From Thermoleophilia bacterium (GTDB taxonomy: Bacteria > Actinomycetota > Thermoleophilia > Gaiellales > F1-60-MAGs149): DNA of 55,268 nucleotides. The stretch is taken from assembly GCA_009694475.1 (NCBI GenBank), contig SHUX01000002.1, positions 1 through 55,268 of the forward strand. Reading direction: 5' to 3'. Shown piece by piece: positions 41,782 through 51,668 of this stretch. The notes under the pieces are model-generated. The model was not told the origin of the DNA. It ran no database searches and worked only from the letters and a program-made list of their open reading frames with translations. Numbering within the stretch: position 1 is the stretch's first letter; every line of letters begins with the position of its first letter. Position numbers and translations under genes: made by a program.

Positions 41782-43446
41782 ATGTCGGAAGAGACACCAC
41801 CTGTCGTTCGCGCGCCACGCGGCACAACCCTGAACTGTCAGGGGTGGCTGCAGGAAGCCGCGCTCCGCATGCTGATGAACAACCTTGATCCAGACGTGGC
41901 CGAGGCGCCAGAGAAGCTGGTTGTCTACGGCGGTACCGGCAAGGCCGCCCGTTCGTGGCCCGATTTCCATCAGATCGTGGCGACCCTCAAGCGCCTTGGT
42001 GATGAGGAGACAATGCTGGTCCAATCTGGTCGCGTCGTTGGTGTCTTTCCGACGCACCGACTGGCACCGCGTGTGCTGCTCGCCAACTCGCTGCTCGTGC
42101 CCGAGTGGGGCACCTGGGAGGAGTTCCGACGCCTCGAGGCGATGGGGCTGACGATGTACGGTCAGATGACAGCCGGCTCGTGGATCTACATCGGCTCGCA
42201 GGGCATCGTCCAAGGCACCTACGAGACGTTCGCTGCAATTGCCGAGCAGCGCTTCGACGGTTCGCTCAAGGGACGCGTGGTCTTGACTGCCGGGCTCGGT
42301 GGCATGGGTGGCGCTCAGCCGCTCGCTGTCACGATGAATGGCGGCATTGCGCTCTGCGTCGAGATCGACTCGGACCACATCGATCGGCGGATTCGCGAAC
42401 GCTATTGCGATGAGCGCTTCGACGACATCGACGAGGCGATTGCGCGTGTCGAAGAGGCGCGCGCCAACGGCGAGGCCGTCTCGATCGGCCTGCTCGGCAA
42501 TGCCGCCGAGGTGTTGCCGACGCTCCTTGAGCGCAACTTCCTGCCCGACATCGTCACGGACCAGACGTCGGCCCACGATCCGCTGGTTGGCTACATCCCC
42601 GTCGGCTTCTCCGTCGACGGAGCAGAGGACCTGCGCGAGGTGCATCCTGACAAGCACATCGACTTGGCACGCCAGTCGATCGTCACGCACGTCAAGGCGA
42701 TGATCGAGTTTAAGCAGCGCGGCGCCGAGGTCTTCGATTACGGCAACGCCCTGCGCACCGAGGCTCGCACGGGTGGCCTCAAGAATGCCTTCGACTATCC
42801 CGGCTTTGTGGAGGCTTACGTGCGGCCGCTGTTCTGTCGCGGCATTGGTCCGTTCCGCTGGGCGGCATTGTCGGGCGATCCCGCCGACATTGCCGCGACC
42901 GATGCGGCGGTGCGTGAGTTGTTCCCAGAGAACGAGCGTCTACAGCGCTGGCTCGATGGTGCGCAAGCGAAGATTGCCTTCCAAGGCCTACCGGCGCGTA
43001 TCTGCTGGATCGGGCACGGCGAGCGACACATTGCCGGCCTGCGCTTCAACGAACTCGTGCGCTCCGGTCAGGTGTCTGCTCCGCTTGTGATTGGGCGCGA
43101 CCACCTCGATTCGGGTTCGGTCGCCTCGCCGTATCGTGAGACCGAGGGCATGATGGACGGCTCGGACGCGATCGCCGACTGGCCCGTCCTTAATGCGATG
43201 CTCAACGTCGCCTCTGGTGCCGCCTGGGTGGCGCTGCATCACGGGGGTGGTGTCGGCATTGGTCGCTCGATCCATTCGGGCGCGCAGGTCGTCGCCGACG
43301 GCACGGACGAGGGAGCCTTCCGCGTGGAACGTGTCCTCTGGAACGACCCCGGCACTGGCGTCATGCGCCATGCACACGCCGGCTACGAAAGCGCCAAACA
43401 GGCCGCCAAGAGCGGTGGCCTCGACCTTCCAGGGATTACGACATGA
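41782..43446 (+). CDS. hutU: urocanate hydratase
   Basis: [38 protein letters not shown] is the HutU N-terminus. GGAGGA lies 8 nt upstream of ATG 41782. Confidence 0.95.
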   Translation: MSEETPPVVRAPRGTTLNCQGWLQEAALRMLMNNLDPDVAEAPEKLVVYGGTGKAARSWPDFHQIVATLKRLGDEETMLVQSGRVVGVFPTHRLAPRVLLANSLLVPEWGTWEEFRRLEAMGLTMYGQMTAGSWIYIGSQGIVQGTYETFAAIAEQRFDGSLKGRVVLTAGLGGMGGAQPLAVTMNGGIALCVEIDSDHIDRRIRERYCDERFDDIDEAIARVEEARANGEAVSIGLLGNAAEVLPTLLERNFLPDIVTDQTSAHDPLVGYIPVGFSVDGAEDLREVHPDKHIDLARQSIVTHVKAMIEFKQRGAEVFDYGNALRTEARTGGLKNAFDYPGFVEAYVRPLFCRGIGPFRWAALSGDPADIAATDAAVRELFPENERLQRWLDGAQAKIAFQGLPARICWIGHGERHIAGLRFNELVRSGQVSAPLVIGRDHLDSGSVASPYRETEGMMDGSDAIADWPVLNAMLNVASGAAWVALHHGGGVGIGRSIHSGAQVVADGTDEGAFRVERVLWNDPGTGVMRHAHAGYESAKQAAKSGGLDLPGITT

Positions 43447-44738
43447 GCTGGCTCCTACCCGACCTTATCCTCGACGCCGATGGTGTCCGCCGAGACCTGG
43501 CGGTCCACGTCGATGGTGGACTGATCACGGCGATCGTCCCCGCCAGCGAGGCGCCTGCCGATGCAATGCGTCTGACGAACACGGCGCTCGCGCCCGGCTT
43601 TGTCAACGCCCATTCGCATGCCTTCCAGCGTGATCTGCGCGGTGTCGTCGAGCGCATCGATCCGGCCAATCCGGACGATGATTTTTGGACCTGGCGCGAG
43701 GAGATGTACGCGCAGGCCAGCAGCATGGGTCCCGTCAAGATCAAGGATGTGGCTCGTCGCTGCTATCGCCAGATGCGCGCTAGCGGCGTGACCTGCGTCG
43801 GCGAATTCCACTACGTCCATCACCAGCCTGATGGCACGCCGTACGACCGTCCCAACGCGCTGGCTGAGGCCGTGTGTGAAGCCGCAGAGGCCGAGGGGCT
43901 GCGAATCGTGATGCTGCTGGTGGCGTACGAGCGGGGTGGCAAGGACATCCCTCCGACGCCGGGACAACGACGCTTCTGTGATCCGACGGTTGAGGCCTAT
44001 CTCGCGCGACTCGAGGCGATGCGTGTCTGGGCAGAGGATCGTCCGCTTGTCACCGTCGGCTCGGCACCACACTCGATGCGGGCTGTTTCACCAGAGTGGC
44101 TGACGGCGATCAGCACGTACACGCGCGCGCAGGAAATGCCGCTGCACATTCATGCCGACGAACAGCCCCGCGAGATTCGCGAGTCGCTTGAGTGGTACGG
44201 CCTTCGCCCGGTGCAGGTGATCGACGCGGCGGGCGCGCTCGACCATCGCACGGTGATCGTGCATGGCACGCACTGCGATGACGCCGAATTGGACTTGCTT
44301 GCCGAGCGCGGCGCTGGCGTCTGCGTCTGCCCGACGACTGAAGCCAACCTTGGCGACGGCTATGCGCCGGTCAAGCGCATGTTCGAGCGGGGGATTTCGA
44401 TCTCGCTCGGGTCGGACTCGAACACGATTCTCGATCCGATTATCGAGGCACGCGAGCTTGAGGCGATGGCGCGGCGAACGGCTGGCCAACGCAACGTCCT
44501 TGTCCGCGCGGGCGACTCTGGTCCTGCCGGAGCCCTCCTAGAGGCCTCGTGGGACGCTGGTGCGCGGGCACTCGGGCTACCACTTCCACGCATCGCCGTG
44601 GGTGCTCCCGCCGATCTGATCGCGCTCGATCTCTCGAACGACGAGATCGCGGGCGTGGCGGACGAGCACCTTGCCGCCGCGATCATGTTGGCCGGCTCCT
44701 GCCAACTCGTCACGAGCACGTGGGTTGCCGGTCAATAG
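43443..44738 (+). CDS. hutF: formimidoylglutamate deiminase (amidohydrolase superfamily)
   Basis: [17 protein letters not shown] motif, about 430 aa. ATGA overlap with hutU. Confidence 0.75.
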   Translation: MSWLLPDLILDADGVRRDLAVHVDGGLITAIVPASEAPADAMRLTNTALAPGFVNAHSHAFQRDLRGVVERIDPANPDDDFWTWREEMYAQASSMGPVKIKDVARRCYRQMRASGVTCVGEFHYVHHQPDGTPYDRPNALAEAVCEAAEAEGLRIVMLLVAYERGGKDIPPTPGQRRFCDPTVEAYLARLEAMRVWAEDRPLVTVGSAPHSMRAVSPEWLTAISTYTRAQEMPLHIHADEQPREIRESLEWYGLRPVQVIDAAGALDHRTVIVHGTHCDDAELDLLAERGAGVCVCPTTEANLGDGYAPVKRMFERGISISLGSDSNTILDPIIEARELEAMARRTAGQRNVLVRAGDSGPAGALLEASWDAGARALGLPLPRIAVGAPADLIALDLSNDEIAGVADEHLAAAIMLAGSCQLVTSTWVAGQ

Positions 44739-44750
44739 CGGCCTAGCAAT

Positions 44751-44787
44751 CAACGTCCTAATCGGGTCTGACCCGATTAGGACGTTG
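44751..44787. terminator. 18-bp perfect inverted repeat between the convergent hutF and FAD oxidoreductase genes
   Basis: CAACGTCCTAATCGGGTC-t-GACCCGATTAGGACGTTG. Confidence 0.55.
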
Positions 44788-44795
44788 AGCGCCGA

Positions 44796-46220
44796 TTAGT
44801 GACCCGTCAGCCAGTCGACGATCGAGCCGGCACGAGACGTCTTGGTGCCCGTCTCCTCGTTTTGCTCCGCAATCTGCAGCAGTTTTAGCGAGCTGTTCGC
44901 TGCGACGTAGCGCAGCGGCTCGGGCTCCCAGTTGCGGGAGTGATGGTTGACCCACGGCAACGAGACAAGGTCCGTTTCGCGCCCGGTGATCAAGTCGGCG
45001 AGCGTGCGGCCCGCGAGGTTCGTGATCGCGACACCGTCGCCGACATAGCCGCCAGCCCAACCCATCCCCGTCTTCGGGTCGAGGCCAACCGAGGCGTTGA
45101 AGTCGCGAGGGATACCGAGCACGCCGCCCCACGTATGGGTGATCTTGGCGTCGGCCGCGGCTGGAAAGAGCTTGGCGATCACACCCTGTAGGCGCTGATG
45201 GACCGGGAGGTCGTGAAACTCGCGCTCGAGCTTGCTGCCGAAGATGTAGGGGTGGCCACGACCACCAAGCGCAATGCGGTCGTCCGCGGTTCGCTGCGCG
45301 TAGATAAAAAGTCGCCGCCCATCCGAAAGCGTCTCGCGCTCGTTCCAACCGATCTCGTCCCAAATCGCCTGCGAGAGTGGCTCGGTCGCGACCATGCACG
45401 AAGCGAACGGCATCAGACGCCGTTTCTCGCCTTCCAATTCGGGAGTAAAGCCCTCAGTTGCTCGGATCACGAAGCGGGCATGGATCGTGCCGCGGTCGGT
45501 GATCACGCGGCCTGGCTCGAGACGACGGGCGTTGGTGCCTTCGTAGATACCGACGCCACGGCGCTCAACGACATCAGCGAGTCCACGTACCAGCCGTGCG
45601 GGGTGGATACGCGCCGCGTGTGGACTGAAGACGGTGCCGAGAGCGCCGGGCACATTCGTGCGGGCCAGCGTATCCTCGCGGGAGAGCAGGCGATAGTCGG
45701 CTTCCGTGTGACCGAAGGCGTGATGCGCCTCGATCGCCTCACGCGAATGCATCAGACCAACCTGCGTCATCGCGAGCGTCGACCAGCCGCCCTTATGAAA
45801 GTGCGCGTCGATGCCTTCCTTCGCGAGCGTGGCGCCGATCACGTCAACGGTGTCGAAGCAGGCGCGCTCGTAGCGCATCACTTCGTCGTGGCCGTGCGTC
45901 TTGACGAAGCGCTGACGACTGCCGGGTAGTCCGCCGAAGCACCAGCCGCCATTGCGTCCAGACGCACCAAAGCCCGCAATATCGCGCTCAACGATCACGA
46001 TCCGTAGCGACGGGTCAATCTCGGTCAGCGAGTACGCCGTCCAGAGTCCTGTAAAGCCCGCGCCCACGATCGCCACGTCGGCTTCGAGATCACCTGGCAG
46101 TGGAGGCCGCTTGGACAGCGTGCCCGGCACGCTGTCGTGCCAGTAACTCGTGGTGCGGTAGTGAGCGTCCTCGGCCTGGGCACTGCCGGACAGGGAGTCG
46201 CTTGTTGCAGTCGTTGCCAT
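44796..46220 (-). CDS. FAD-dependent oxidoreductase (DAO family, gamma-glutamylputrescine oxidase-like)
   Basis: DVAIVGAGFTGLWTAYSL dinucleotide-binding motif, 474 aa. Confidence 0.8.
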   Translation of the reverse strand: MATTATSDSLSGSAQAEDAHYRTTSYWHDSVPGTLSKRPPLPGDLEADVAIVGAGFTGLWTAYSLTEIDPSLRIVIVERDIAGFGASGRNGGWCFGGLPGSRQRFVKTHGHDEVMRYERACFDTVDVIGATLAKEGIDAHFHKGGWSTLAMTQVGLMHSREAIEAHHAFGHTEADYRLLSREDTLARTNVPGALGTVFSPHAARIHPARLVRGLADVVERRGVGIYEGTNARRLEPGRVITDRGTIHARFVIRATEGFTPELEGEKRRLMPFASCMVATEPLSQAIWDEIGWNERETLSDGRRLFIYAQRTADDRIALGGRGHPYIFGSKLEREFHDLPVHQRLQGVIAKLFPAAADAKITHTWGGVLGIPRDFNASVGLDPKTGMGWAGGYVGDGVAITNLAGRTLADLITGRETDLVSLPWVNHHSRNWEPEPLRYVAANSSLKLLQIAEQNEETGTKTSRAGSIVDWLTGH

Positions 46221-46228
46221 AGGGGGCC

Positions 46229-46234
46229 AGTGTA
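46229..46234 (-). promoter_or_regulatory. candidate -10 box TACACT for the leaderless FAD oxidoreductase gene
   Basis: On the minus strand: TACACT, then an 8-nt spacer, then ATG (46220). Confidence 0.35.
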
Positions 46235-46277
46235 CCCGGTGTGACCGGGCTTCTGAGACTGCGCAGGGTTGTGATCG

Positions 46278-46940
46278 CTACGGCGTGGGGAAAGATGGGC
46301 CGCGTGTTGGCGGCTTGATGTCGAGCTCGATTGAGCCATCGGCGCAGGCGCGAGCATTCCAATCGCGCCAGCGCGGTGCGAGCTCGGCGAGCGAGTCGCC
46401 GCGCTCGTCGAGGCGGACGGTGGGAATGCCACCGGGCTCGACGAGGTAGCGGTACCACGAGAGATCCCAGACGATGGTGATTGCGGCACCCGGCCGGCGG
46501 CCGCCGAAGGCGACGACGCTGACCTTAGCCTGCCCGAGGCTCTTTGCGATGGCAGAGACAGTGCCGCGGTACGGGCTCGCATTGAATGTCTCGACGCCGA
46601 TCAGCATGGTCGTGGCGCGTGCCAGATCGTCGGCAGTACCGAGGCCGTGCGGTGCGCGAACAGGGTCGGCTGGGTCTAGTTCTGGTGGGGTCTGCGAGCG
46701 CATCAGGATGCGCGACAGGCGGCTCGGCTGGCGCTGTGGACGGGTGGGCGGCGGCGCCGAACGGCCAGCTTCGACCCAACCATCTTGACGCGCGCTGGCT
46801 GCACAGAGACGGCAGACAGTGCGTGACTGGCCGCGATCGCTAAAGCGCAATGGCTCCTCGCCGATCAGGATCGTGCGCTCGCAGATCGCACAGGCGAGCA
46901 GCCGATCGGTAGAGGCCAGTCGTTGGTGCGCAGTCGCCAT
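46278..46940 (-). CDS. hypothetical protein with an N-terminal CxxC...CxxC zinc ribbon, a Pro-rich linker and an unknown C-terminal domain
   Basis: The sequence runs MATAHQRLASTDRLLACAICERT...TVCRLCAAS, then PPPTRPQRQP, then a domain of about 120 aa (VSVVAFGG...ITIVWDLSWYRYLVE). The ORF-track start 47363 runs through the Xer gene. ATG 46973 is an alternative, but the codons between it and 46940 have poor GC3. Confidence 0.6.
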   Translation of the reverse strand: MATAHQRLASTDRLLACAICERTILIGEEPLRFSDRGQSRTVCRLCAASARQDGWVEAGRSAPPPTRPQRQPSRLSRILMRSQTPPELDPADPVRAPHGLGTADDLARATTMLIGVETFNASPYRGTVSAIAKSLGQAKVSVVAFGGRRPGAAITIVWDLSWYRYLVEPGGIPTVRLDERGDSLAELAPRWRDWNARACADGSIELDIKPPTRGPSFPTP

Positions 46941-46950
46941 TACGACCAAA

Positions 46951-47865
46951 TCATACGATCGCTGTTGGCTCATCGCGACGCTTCTCGTCTTCGCCGCGGG
47001 GGTGCGCCTGTGCGTGAGCCCGGCGGAGGTGGGGAAGTCCGAGGTGCGTGTAGATCTCCGTGGTGGCGAGCGAGGCGTGGCCGAGCAGCTCTTGGATTGC
47101 GCGCAGATCGCCACCGCCTTCAAGCATGTGTGTCGCGTAGGCATGGCGGAGTGCGTGTGGGCCGTGCTGTGCGAGCCCGACGGCCACGAGACGCCGGTTG
47201 AGCGCGCGCCGGACGCCGGAGGTATCGAGTCGCTTGCCGCGGGCCGAGAGCAGGAGCGCGTCGGGTGTCTTAGCGACGGCGAGCTCGGGACGGCCGCGTG
47301 CGAGCCAGGCGGTGACGGCATCGGCGGCGGGATCACCAATCGGTACGAGGCGCGTCTTGCCACCCTTGCCCGTCACGCGTAGCGTGCGACCCTCTAAGCC
47401 CGTTAGGTCGAGCGAGCAGGCCTCCGCAGCACGCAGTCCGGCGCCGTAGAGCAATTCGAGCAGCGCACGATCCCGGAGTCCGAGTGGTGTGTCGGGCCAG
47501 GCGACGTCGAGCATGCGTGCGGCATCGCGGGCGGCGGGGACCGTCGGTAGGCGGCGCGGGCGCTTAGGCCCTGGAATCTCGGCCGCCGGGTCGGCTTCGC
47601 CTTCGCCAGCCAGGCGGCGATGAAAGCCTCGTACGGACGACAGCCGACGTGCGCGGGTTGAGGGCGCTAATCCGCTGCTGGCGAGGTGGGCGGCATAGGC
47701 GCGTACGTCACTGCGGGTAGCCGCCGTCGGTGCGGAGCCGCGGCCCTCGAGCCAGTTGGCATAGTCGGTCAGGTCAGAGCGGTAGGCGCGCAGCGTCTGC
47801 GGGCTTGCGCCCCGCGCACGCAATGCAGTCAGGTGCTGATCAATTGGGTCCGTTGCGACGCGCAT
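46951..47865 (-). CDS. site-specific tyrosine recombinase, XerC/XerD family
   Basis: N-terminal SAM-like domain (SPQTLRAYRSDL..Y..WL) and the catalytic RHRY set (ARGKR..., HALRHAYATHMLEGG.DLR.IQELLGHASLATTEIYTH). 304 aa. Confidence 0.9.
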   Translation of the reverse strand: MRVATDPIDQHLTALRARGASPQTLRAYRSDLTDYANWLEGRGSAPTAATRSDVRAYAAHLASSGLAPSTRARRLSSVRGFHRRLAGEGEADPAAEIPGPKRPRRLPTVPAARDAARMLDVAWPDTPLGLRDRALLELLYGAGLRAAEACSLDLTGLEGRTLRVTGKGGKTRLVPIGDPAADAVTAWLARGRPELAVAKTPDALLLSARGKRLDTSGVRRALNRRLVAVGLAQHGPHALRHAYATHMLEGGGDLRAIQELLGHASLATTEIYTHLGLPHLRRAHAQAHPRGEDEKRRDEPTAIV

Positions 47866-47931
47866 TGGTTCCCTTTCGCCGTGCTGCGCCCGAGTCTTGC
47901 TGCGCGTCCGTGCCCGGTGGGTGTGTCCGGG

Positions 47932-48123
47932 CTAGCGTCGCAGCAGACCGTTGAGCGCCATCCAGCCCATCCAGCCAGCGATCACAAGCGCGCCAATCGT
48001 GACAATCGTGATCCCGCCCTGCCACGCGGACCAGGCGATCACGAGCAGTGCGAGTGCGAGGACGCCGAAGAGGAGACGCATGGCCATCCCGATACGGTCG
48101 CAGGTGAGCGGGTAGACGTCCAC
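47932..48123 (-). CDS. small two-TM membrane protein (51-63 aa)
   Basis: Very high GC3 when read by hand, with two hydrophobic helices (LLFGVLALALLVIAW, ITIVTIGALVIAGWMGWMAL). The start is GTG 48123 or ATG 48087. Confidence 0.5.
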   Translation of the reverse strand: MDVYPLTCDRIGMAMRLLFGVLALALLVIAWSAWQGGITIVTIGALVIAGWMGWMALNGLLRR

Positions 48124-48162
48124 TCAGCAGCGGACCCATAAGCCATAATACTGTGTGGAGAT

Positions 48163-49341
48163 ATGCGTCATTTTGCTCTCGTTACCCTTGTGGCAGTGAT
48201 CGTTCTGATCGTCACCAGCGTCCCAGCGCAGGCAGCAGGACAACACGCTCGCGTGGTGGGAGGATCGCCTGTCGCGATTGCCGAGATGCCGTGGATTGTC
48301 TACCTCGAGGCGAACGTCTCGAAGAGTAACGCGTGGGGGTGTGGCGGCACAATTGTGGGCACGCGTTATATCCTCACGGCTGCGCATTGCGTCGTCGATA
48401 ACGGCGTCACAATTCCCGCTGAGACGCTGACGGGTGTTGCTGGTCGCGTCGCTTTGAGTGGCGAGGATGGGACGCCATTTACGGCCGTCAGGATTACCGT
48501 CAACCCGCAGTATGCCCTCCGGTCGCAGAATCAGGGTGGGCCCTACGACTCGGCGGTGATCGAGACGGCGACGGATCTCCCAGGCCCCGCCTTGGCGCTT
48601 GCCACGACGGCCGATGCGCGGTACTACGCCGCAGGCGTGACCGCCCGGATTGCTGGTTGGGGGCTGACGACCGCGAGCGGTGGCACGACGGATGTACTGA
48701 TGCAGGCGACGCTGCCGATTGTCGCCGATCAAGAGTGCGCTGACCTGGACGATGTGACGCTCGCTGAGGCCACGAAGATGGTCTGTGCTGGGCTCCCCGC
48801 CGGCGGTGTTGATACCTGTCAGGGTGATAGTGGTGGACCAATGACCGTCGTAGCGGGCGGCGAGACGCCTGACCCCGCCGACGATCGCACCCTGCTTGCG
48901 GGCATCGTGTCGTGGGGCTACGAGTGTGGGGCGCCCAATCGTCCGGGTCTCTACACCCGGGTCGCGACGCTGACGGATTGGGTCACGCCTCTCTTAGCCG
49001 GCGATGTGGTGGCCTGGGATCAGTCCGCGGACCAATCGCCACCGACCGTGCGGTTGCGCAATGCGCGACAGGTCCCGGGAGCCAAAGCCAAACTGCGCTA
49101 CCGCGTGATAGGTGAGACCGGCAAGACGCGCGAGATGATTACTATCCGTCGCACGAAGGGCGGCACTGTTTTACGGCGTTTCTCGACGGTGGATGGTGTC
49201 AATCGGGCTCGCACAGATACTGTCGTGAAGTGGCTGGTGCCGCGCGGTTTTGCCTATGGTGCGTACGTCTGGTGTCTGACCTCGAAGGACAGCGTTGGTA
49301 ATGTCTCGGCGTTGACATGTGCGCCGCTGACGATTGGCTAG
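48163..49341 (+). CDS. secreted trypsin-like (S1 family) serine protease with a C-terminal extension of about 110 aa
   Basis: Signal peptide ...VPAQAAG, VVGG start and the catalytic triad TAAHC / D / GDSGGP. GGAGA lies upstream of the ATG. Confidence 0.9.
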   Translation: MRHFALVTLVAVIVLIVTSVPAQAAGQHARVVGGSPVAIAEMPWIVYLEANVSKSNAWGCGGTIVGTRYILTAAHCVVDNGVTIPAETLTGVAGRVALSGEDGTPFTAVRITVNPQYALRSQNQGGPYDSAVIETATDLPGPALALATTADARYYAAGVTARIAGWGLTTASGGTTDVLMQATLPIVADQECADLDDVTLAEATKMVCAGLPAGGVDTCQGDSGGPMTVVAGGETPDPADDRTLLAGIVSWGYECGAPNRPGLYTRVATLTDWVTPLLAGDVVAWDQSADQSPPTVRLRNARQVPGAKAKLRYRVIGETGKTREMITIRRTKGGTVLRRFSTVDGVNRARTDTVVKWLVPRGFAYGAYVWCLTSKDSVGNVSALTCAPLTIG

Positions 49342-49370
49342 CCCGGAATCAGCGTTGGCTCATTTGCTGG

Positions 49371-49376
49371 TAGGTT
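49371..49376 (+). promoter_or_regulatory. candidate -10 box TAGGTT for the leaderless aldolase gene
   Basis: TAGGTT, then a 7-nt spacer, then ATG at 49384. Confidence 0.4.
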
Positions 49377-49383
49377 TTAGCCC

Positions 49384-50133
49384 ATGGGCACTCCTGCGAT
49401 CGATAAGAAGGTCTTGGCCGCAGCCCGCATTGAGGTCGCCGCGCTGCTGCGCATCTCGGCTTTGCATCGCTACAACGAAGGCATCGATAATCACTACTCG
49501 CTCGCCATCGATGGCCACGACGACGTCTTCTTGCTCAATCGCTACGGTCCACACTGGTCGGAGATGAAGCCGAGCGATATTCTGCTCGTCGACCTTGAGG
49601 GCAATGTTCTTGACGGCTCGGGTGGCGGCCAAGTGACCGCCATCCAGATCCACCGCCAGGTCCATGCCGCGCGACCAAATGCTCGTTGTGTGATGCACAC
49701 GCACATGCCGTATGCCACCGCGATCGCCTGCACAGAAGACGGTTTTCTGACACGTCTGACGCAGAACTCGATGTCGTTTCATGGCACTGTTGCCACGCTC
49801 GATTATGGTGGCCAGGTACAGGGAGAAGACGAGGGCACACGCCTCGCACGCGCAGTTGCGAAGGGCGCCAATGTCATGTTCTTACGCAACCACGGCGTGA
49901 TCATCGTCGGCTCGACGCCTGCTGAAGCCTGGCTACGCACGTATTTTCTCGAGCGCGCCTGCGAGATGCAGGTGCTCGCCCAGTCGACAGGCTCCAAATT
50001 GGTCTTGGGTAAAAAGTCCGTTGCCGAGCACACGGCACGGCAGTGGGCTGAGGCGTCCGACGAGGAGTCGCCCCTGCTCTTTGCTGCCATGAAGCGCCTG
50101 CTCGATCGCGACCAGCCCGGCTGGAGTCGCTAG
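49384..50133 (+). CDS. class II aldolase/adducin family protein
   Basis: Metal-binding HTHMPYATAIA and LRNHGVIIVG motifs. Confidence 0.85.
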   Translation: MGTPAIDKKVLAAARIEVAALLRISALHRYNEGIDNHYSLAIDGHDDVFLLNRYGPHWSEMKPSDILLVDLEGNVLDGSGGGQVTAIQIHRQVHAARPNARCVMHTHMPYATAIACTEDGFLTRLTQNSMSFHGTVATLDYGGQVQGEDEGTRLARAVAKGANVMFLRNHGVIIVGSTPAEAWLRTYFLERACEMQVLAQSTGSKLVLGKKSVAEHTARQWAEASDEESPLLFAAMKRLLDRDQPGWSR

Positions 50134-50214
50134 TTCGAGAGACGACTCTTTGTCGTGTGCGAGCCGGCTCGGCCGTACACTGCTGGCGAACGAATAGGTC
50201 TTGATGGAATCCGC

Positions 50215-51366
50215 ATGTCCAATCTTGTAATCGGTGTACCGCGCGAAGCCGCCGGCGCGGAGCGTCGCGTCGCGCTCGTGCCGTCGATTATCGAGACGCT
50301 TGTGCAGGATGGGTTTCGAATCCTCGTCGAACGTTCTGCGGGTCAGGCGGCTGGCTACAGCGATGAGGCGTACCGTGCGGTCGGCGCAGAGCTTGCCGAA
50401 GATGCCGCGGCGACGTACGCAGGAGCCACGTTGATCGCGCGCGTGGCGCCTCCGGATGGCGACGAACTAGCGCTGATGACGCCCGCGCATACGCTGATTG
50501 CCTTCCTTGATCCACTCGGCAATGTTGCGCGGGCAGAGCGGCTGGCGGCGACAGGTGCGACCACGTTCGCCTTCGAGTTCATGCCCCGTACGACCCGCGC
50601 CCAGGCGATGGATGCGCTCTCCTCGCAGGCAACGGTGGCTGGATACCACGGCGTCCTGCTGGCGGCTGATCGCGCGCCGCGTCTCTTCCCGTTGTTGATG
50701 ACGGCGGCGGGTACGGTCAAGGCGCGCAGCGTGCTCGTGCTCGGGGCAGGTGTTGCTGGTCTGCAGGCGATCGCCACCGCGCGCCGGCTCGGCGCTGTTG
50801 TGACGGCGTTCGATGTCCGCGCCGCCGTCAAGGAGCAGGTCGAATCGCTCGGTGCGCGTTTTCTGGCCATCGATGTTGCTGGTGAGGAGCAGGCCGGCGG
50901 CTATGCGACGGGGCTCGACCAGGAACAGCATCGTCTCGAGCAAGAGGCTTTGGCGCGGGCCTGTGCCGACGCCGACATCGTCATCTGCACGGCCCAGATC
51001 CCGGGTGCACGTGCGCCCGAGCTGATTACGGAGGCGGCCGTGCGGTCGATGCGTCGGGGTAGCGTGATCGTTGACCTCGCCGCCTCAGCGGGTGGCAATT
51101 GCGCCTGCACGGTGGCGGGCGAAGAAGTGGATATTGAGGGGGTGCTCGTGCTCGGACCGAGTAATCCGGCTGCAGCGATTCCTGGCACTGCCAGCGACCT
51201 CTACGCGGCCAACGTGCGCGCCTTCGTGCGACTGATTGCGCCGGGGGCGGAACTCGCTCCGGATTGGGATGACGAAATCGTGGCGGGTGCCCTGATCACG
51301 CGCGGTGGTGTGGTCGTGGCTGCGCGCGTTGTCGAGCGGCTTGCGGCTACGGGAGGCGCAGCATGA
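50215..51366 (+). CDS. pntAA: NAD(P) transhydrogenase subunit alpha part 1
   Basis: IGVPRE....ERRVALVPS and the NAD-binding VLGAGVAGLQAIATARRLGA. I prefer ATG 50215 to the ORF-track start 50155. Confidence 0.9.
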   Translation: MSNLVIGVPREAAGAERRVALVPSIIETLVQDGFRILVERSAGQAAGYSDEAYRAVGAELAEDAAATYAGATLIARVAPPDGDELALMTPAHTLIAFLDPLGNVARAERLAATGATTFAFEFMPRTTRAQAMDALSSQATVAGYHGVLLAADRAPRLFPLLMTAAGTVKARSVLVLGAGVAGLQAIATARRLGAVVTAFDVRAAVKEQVESLGARFLAIDVAGEEQAGGYATGLDQEQHRLEQEALARACADADIVICTAQIPGARAPELITEAAVRSMRRGSVIVDLAASAGGNCACTVAGEEVDIEGVLVLGPSNPAAAIPGTASDLYAANVRAFVRLIAPGAELAPDWDDEIVAGALITRGGVVVAARVVERLAATGGAA

Positions 51367-51668
51367 GCTTTATCACCGAACTCGTGATTCTTGTGCTCGC
51401 TGCCTGGGTCGGTGTCGAGGTGATCTCAAAGGTTCCACAGATGTTGCATACGCCGCTGATGAGCGGCACGAACGCGATCCACGGCGTGGTTGTCGTTGGT
51501 GCGATCCTCGTGCTTGGTGCCGCAGCGGGTGGCACCGTAGAGACGATCTGTGGTGTCGTCGCTGTCGCCTTTGGCGCGGCGAACGTCGTCGGTGGGTTCG
51601 TCGTGACAGACCGCATGCTGCAAATGTTCCGGCGACGGCCCGAACCGCCGAAGCAGGATCAGGGATGA
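51363..51668 (+). CDS. pntAB: NAD(P) transhydrogenase subunit alpha part 2 (membrane)
   Basis: 101 aa, three TM segments, with the HTPLMSGTNAIHG motif. ATGA overlap with pntAA. Confidence 0.9.
   Translation: MSFITELVILVLAAWVGVEVISKVPQMLHTPLMSGTNAIHGVVVVGAILVLGAAAGGTVETICGVVAVAFGAANVVGGFVVTDRMLQMFRRRPEPPKQDQG

Noticed and set aside
46951-47865. The tyrosine recombinase as a phage or ICE integrase marking a mobile element.
   Set aside because: Its size (304 aa) and N-terminal and C-terminal motifs fit chromosomal XerC/XerD. No att-like repeats or cargo genes are nearby.
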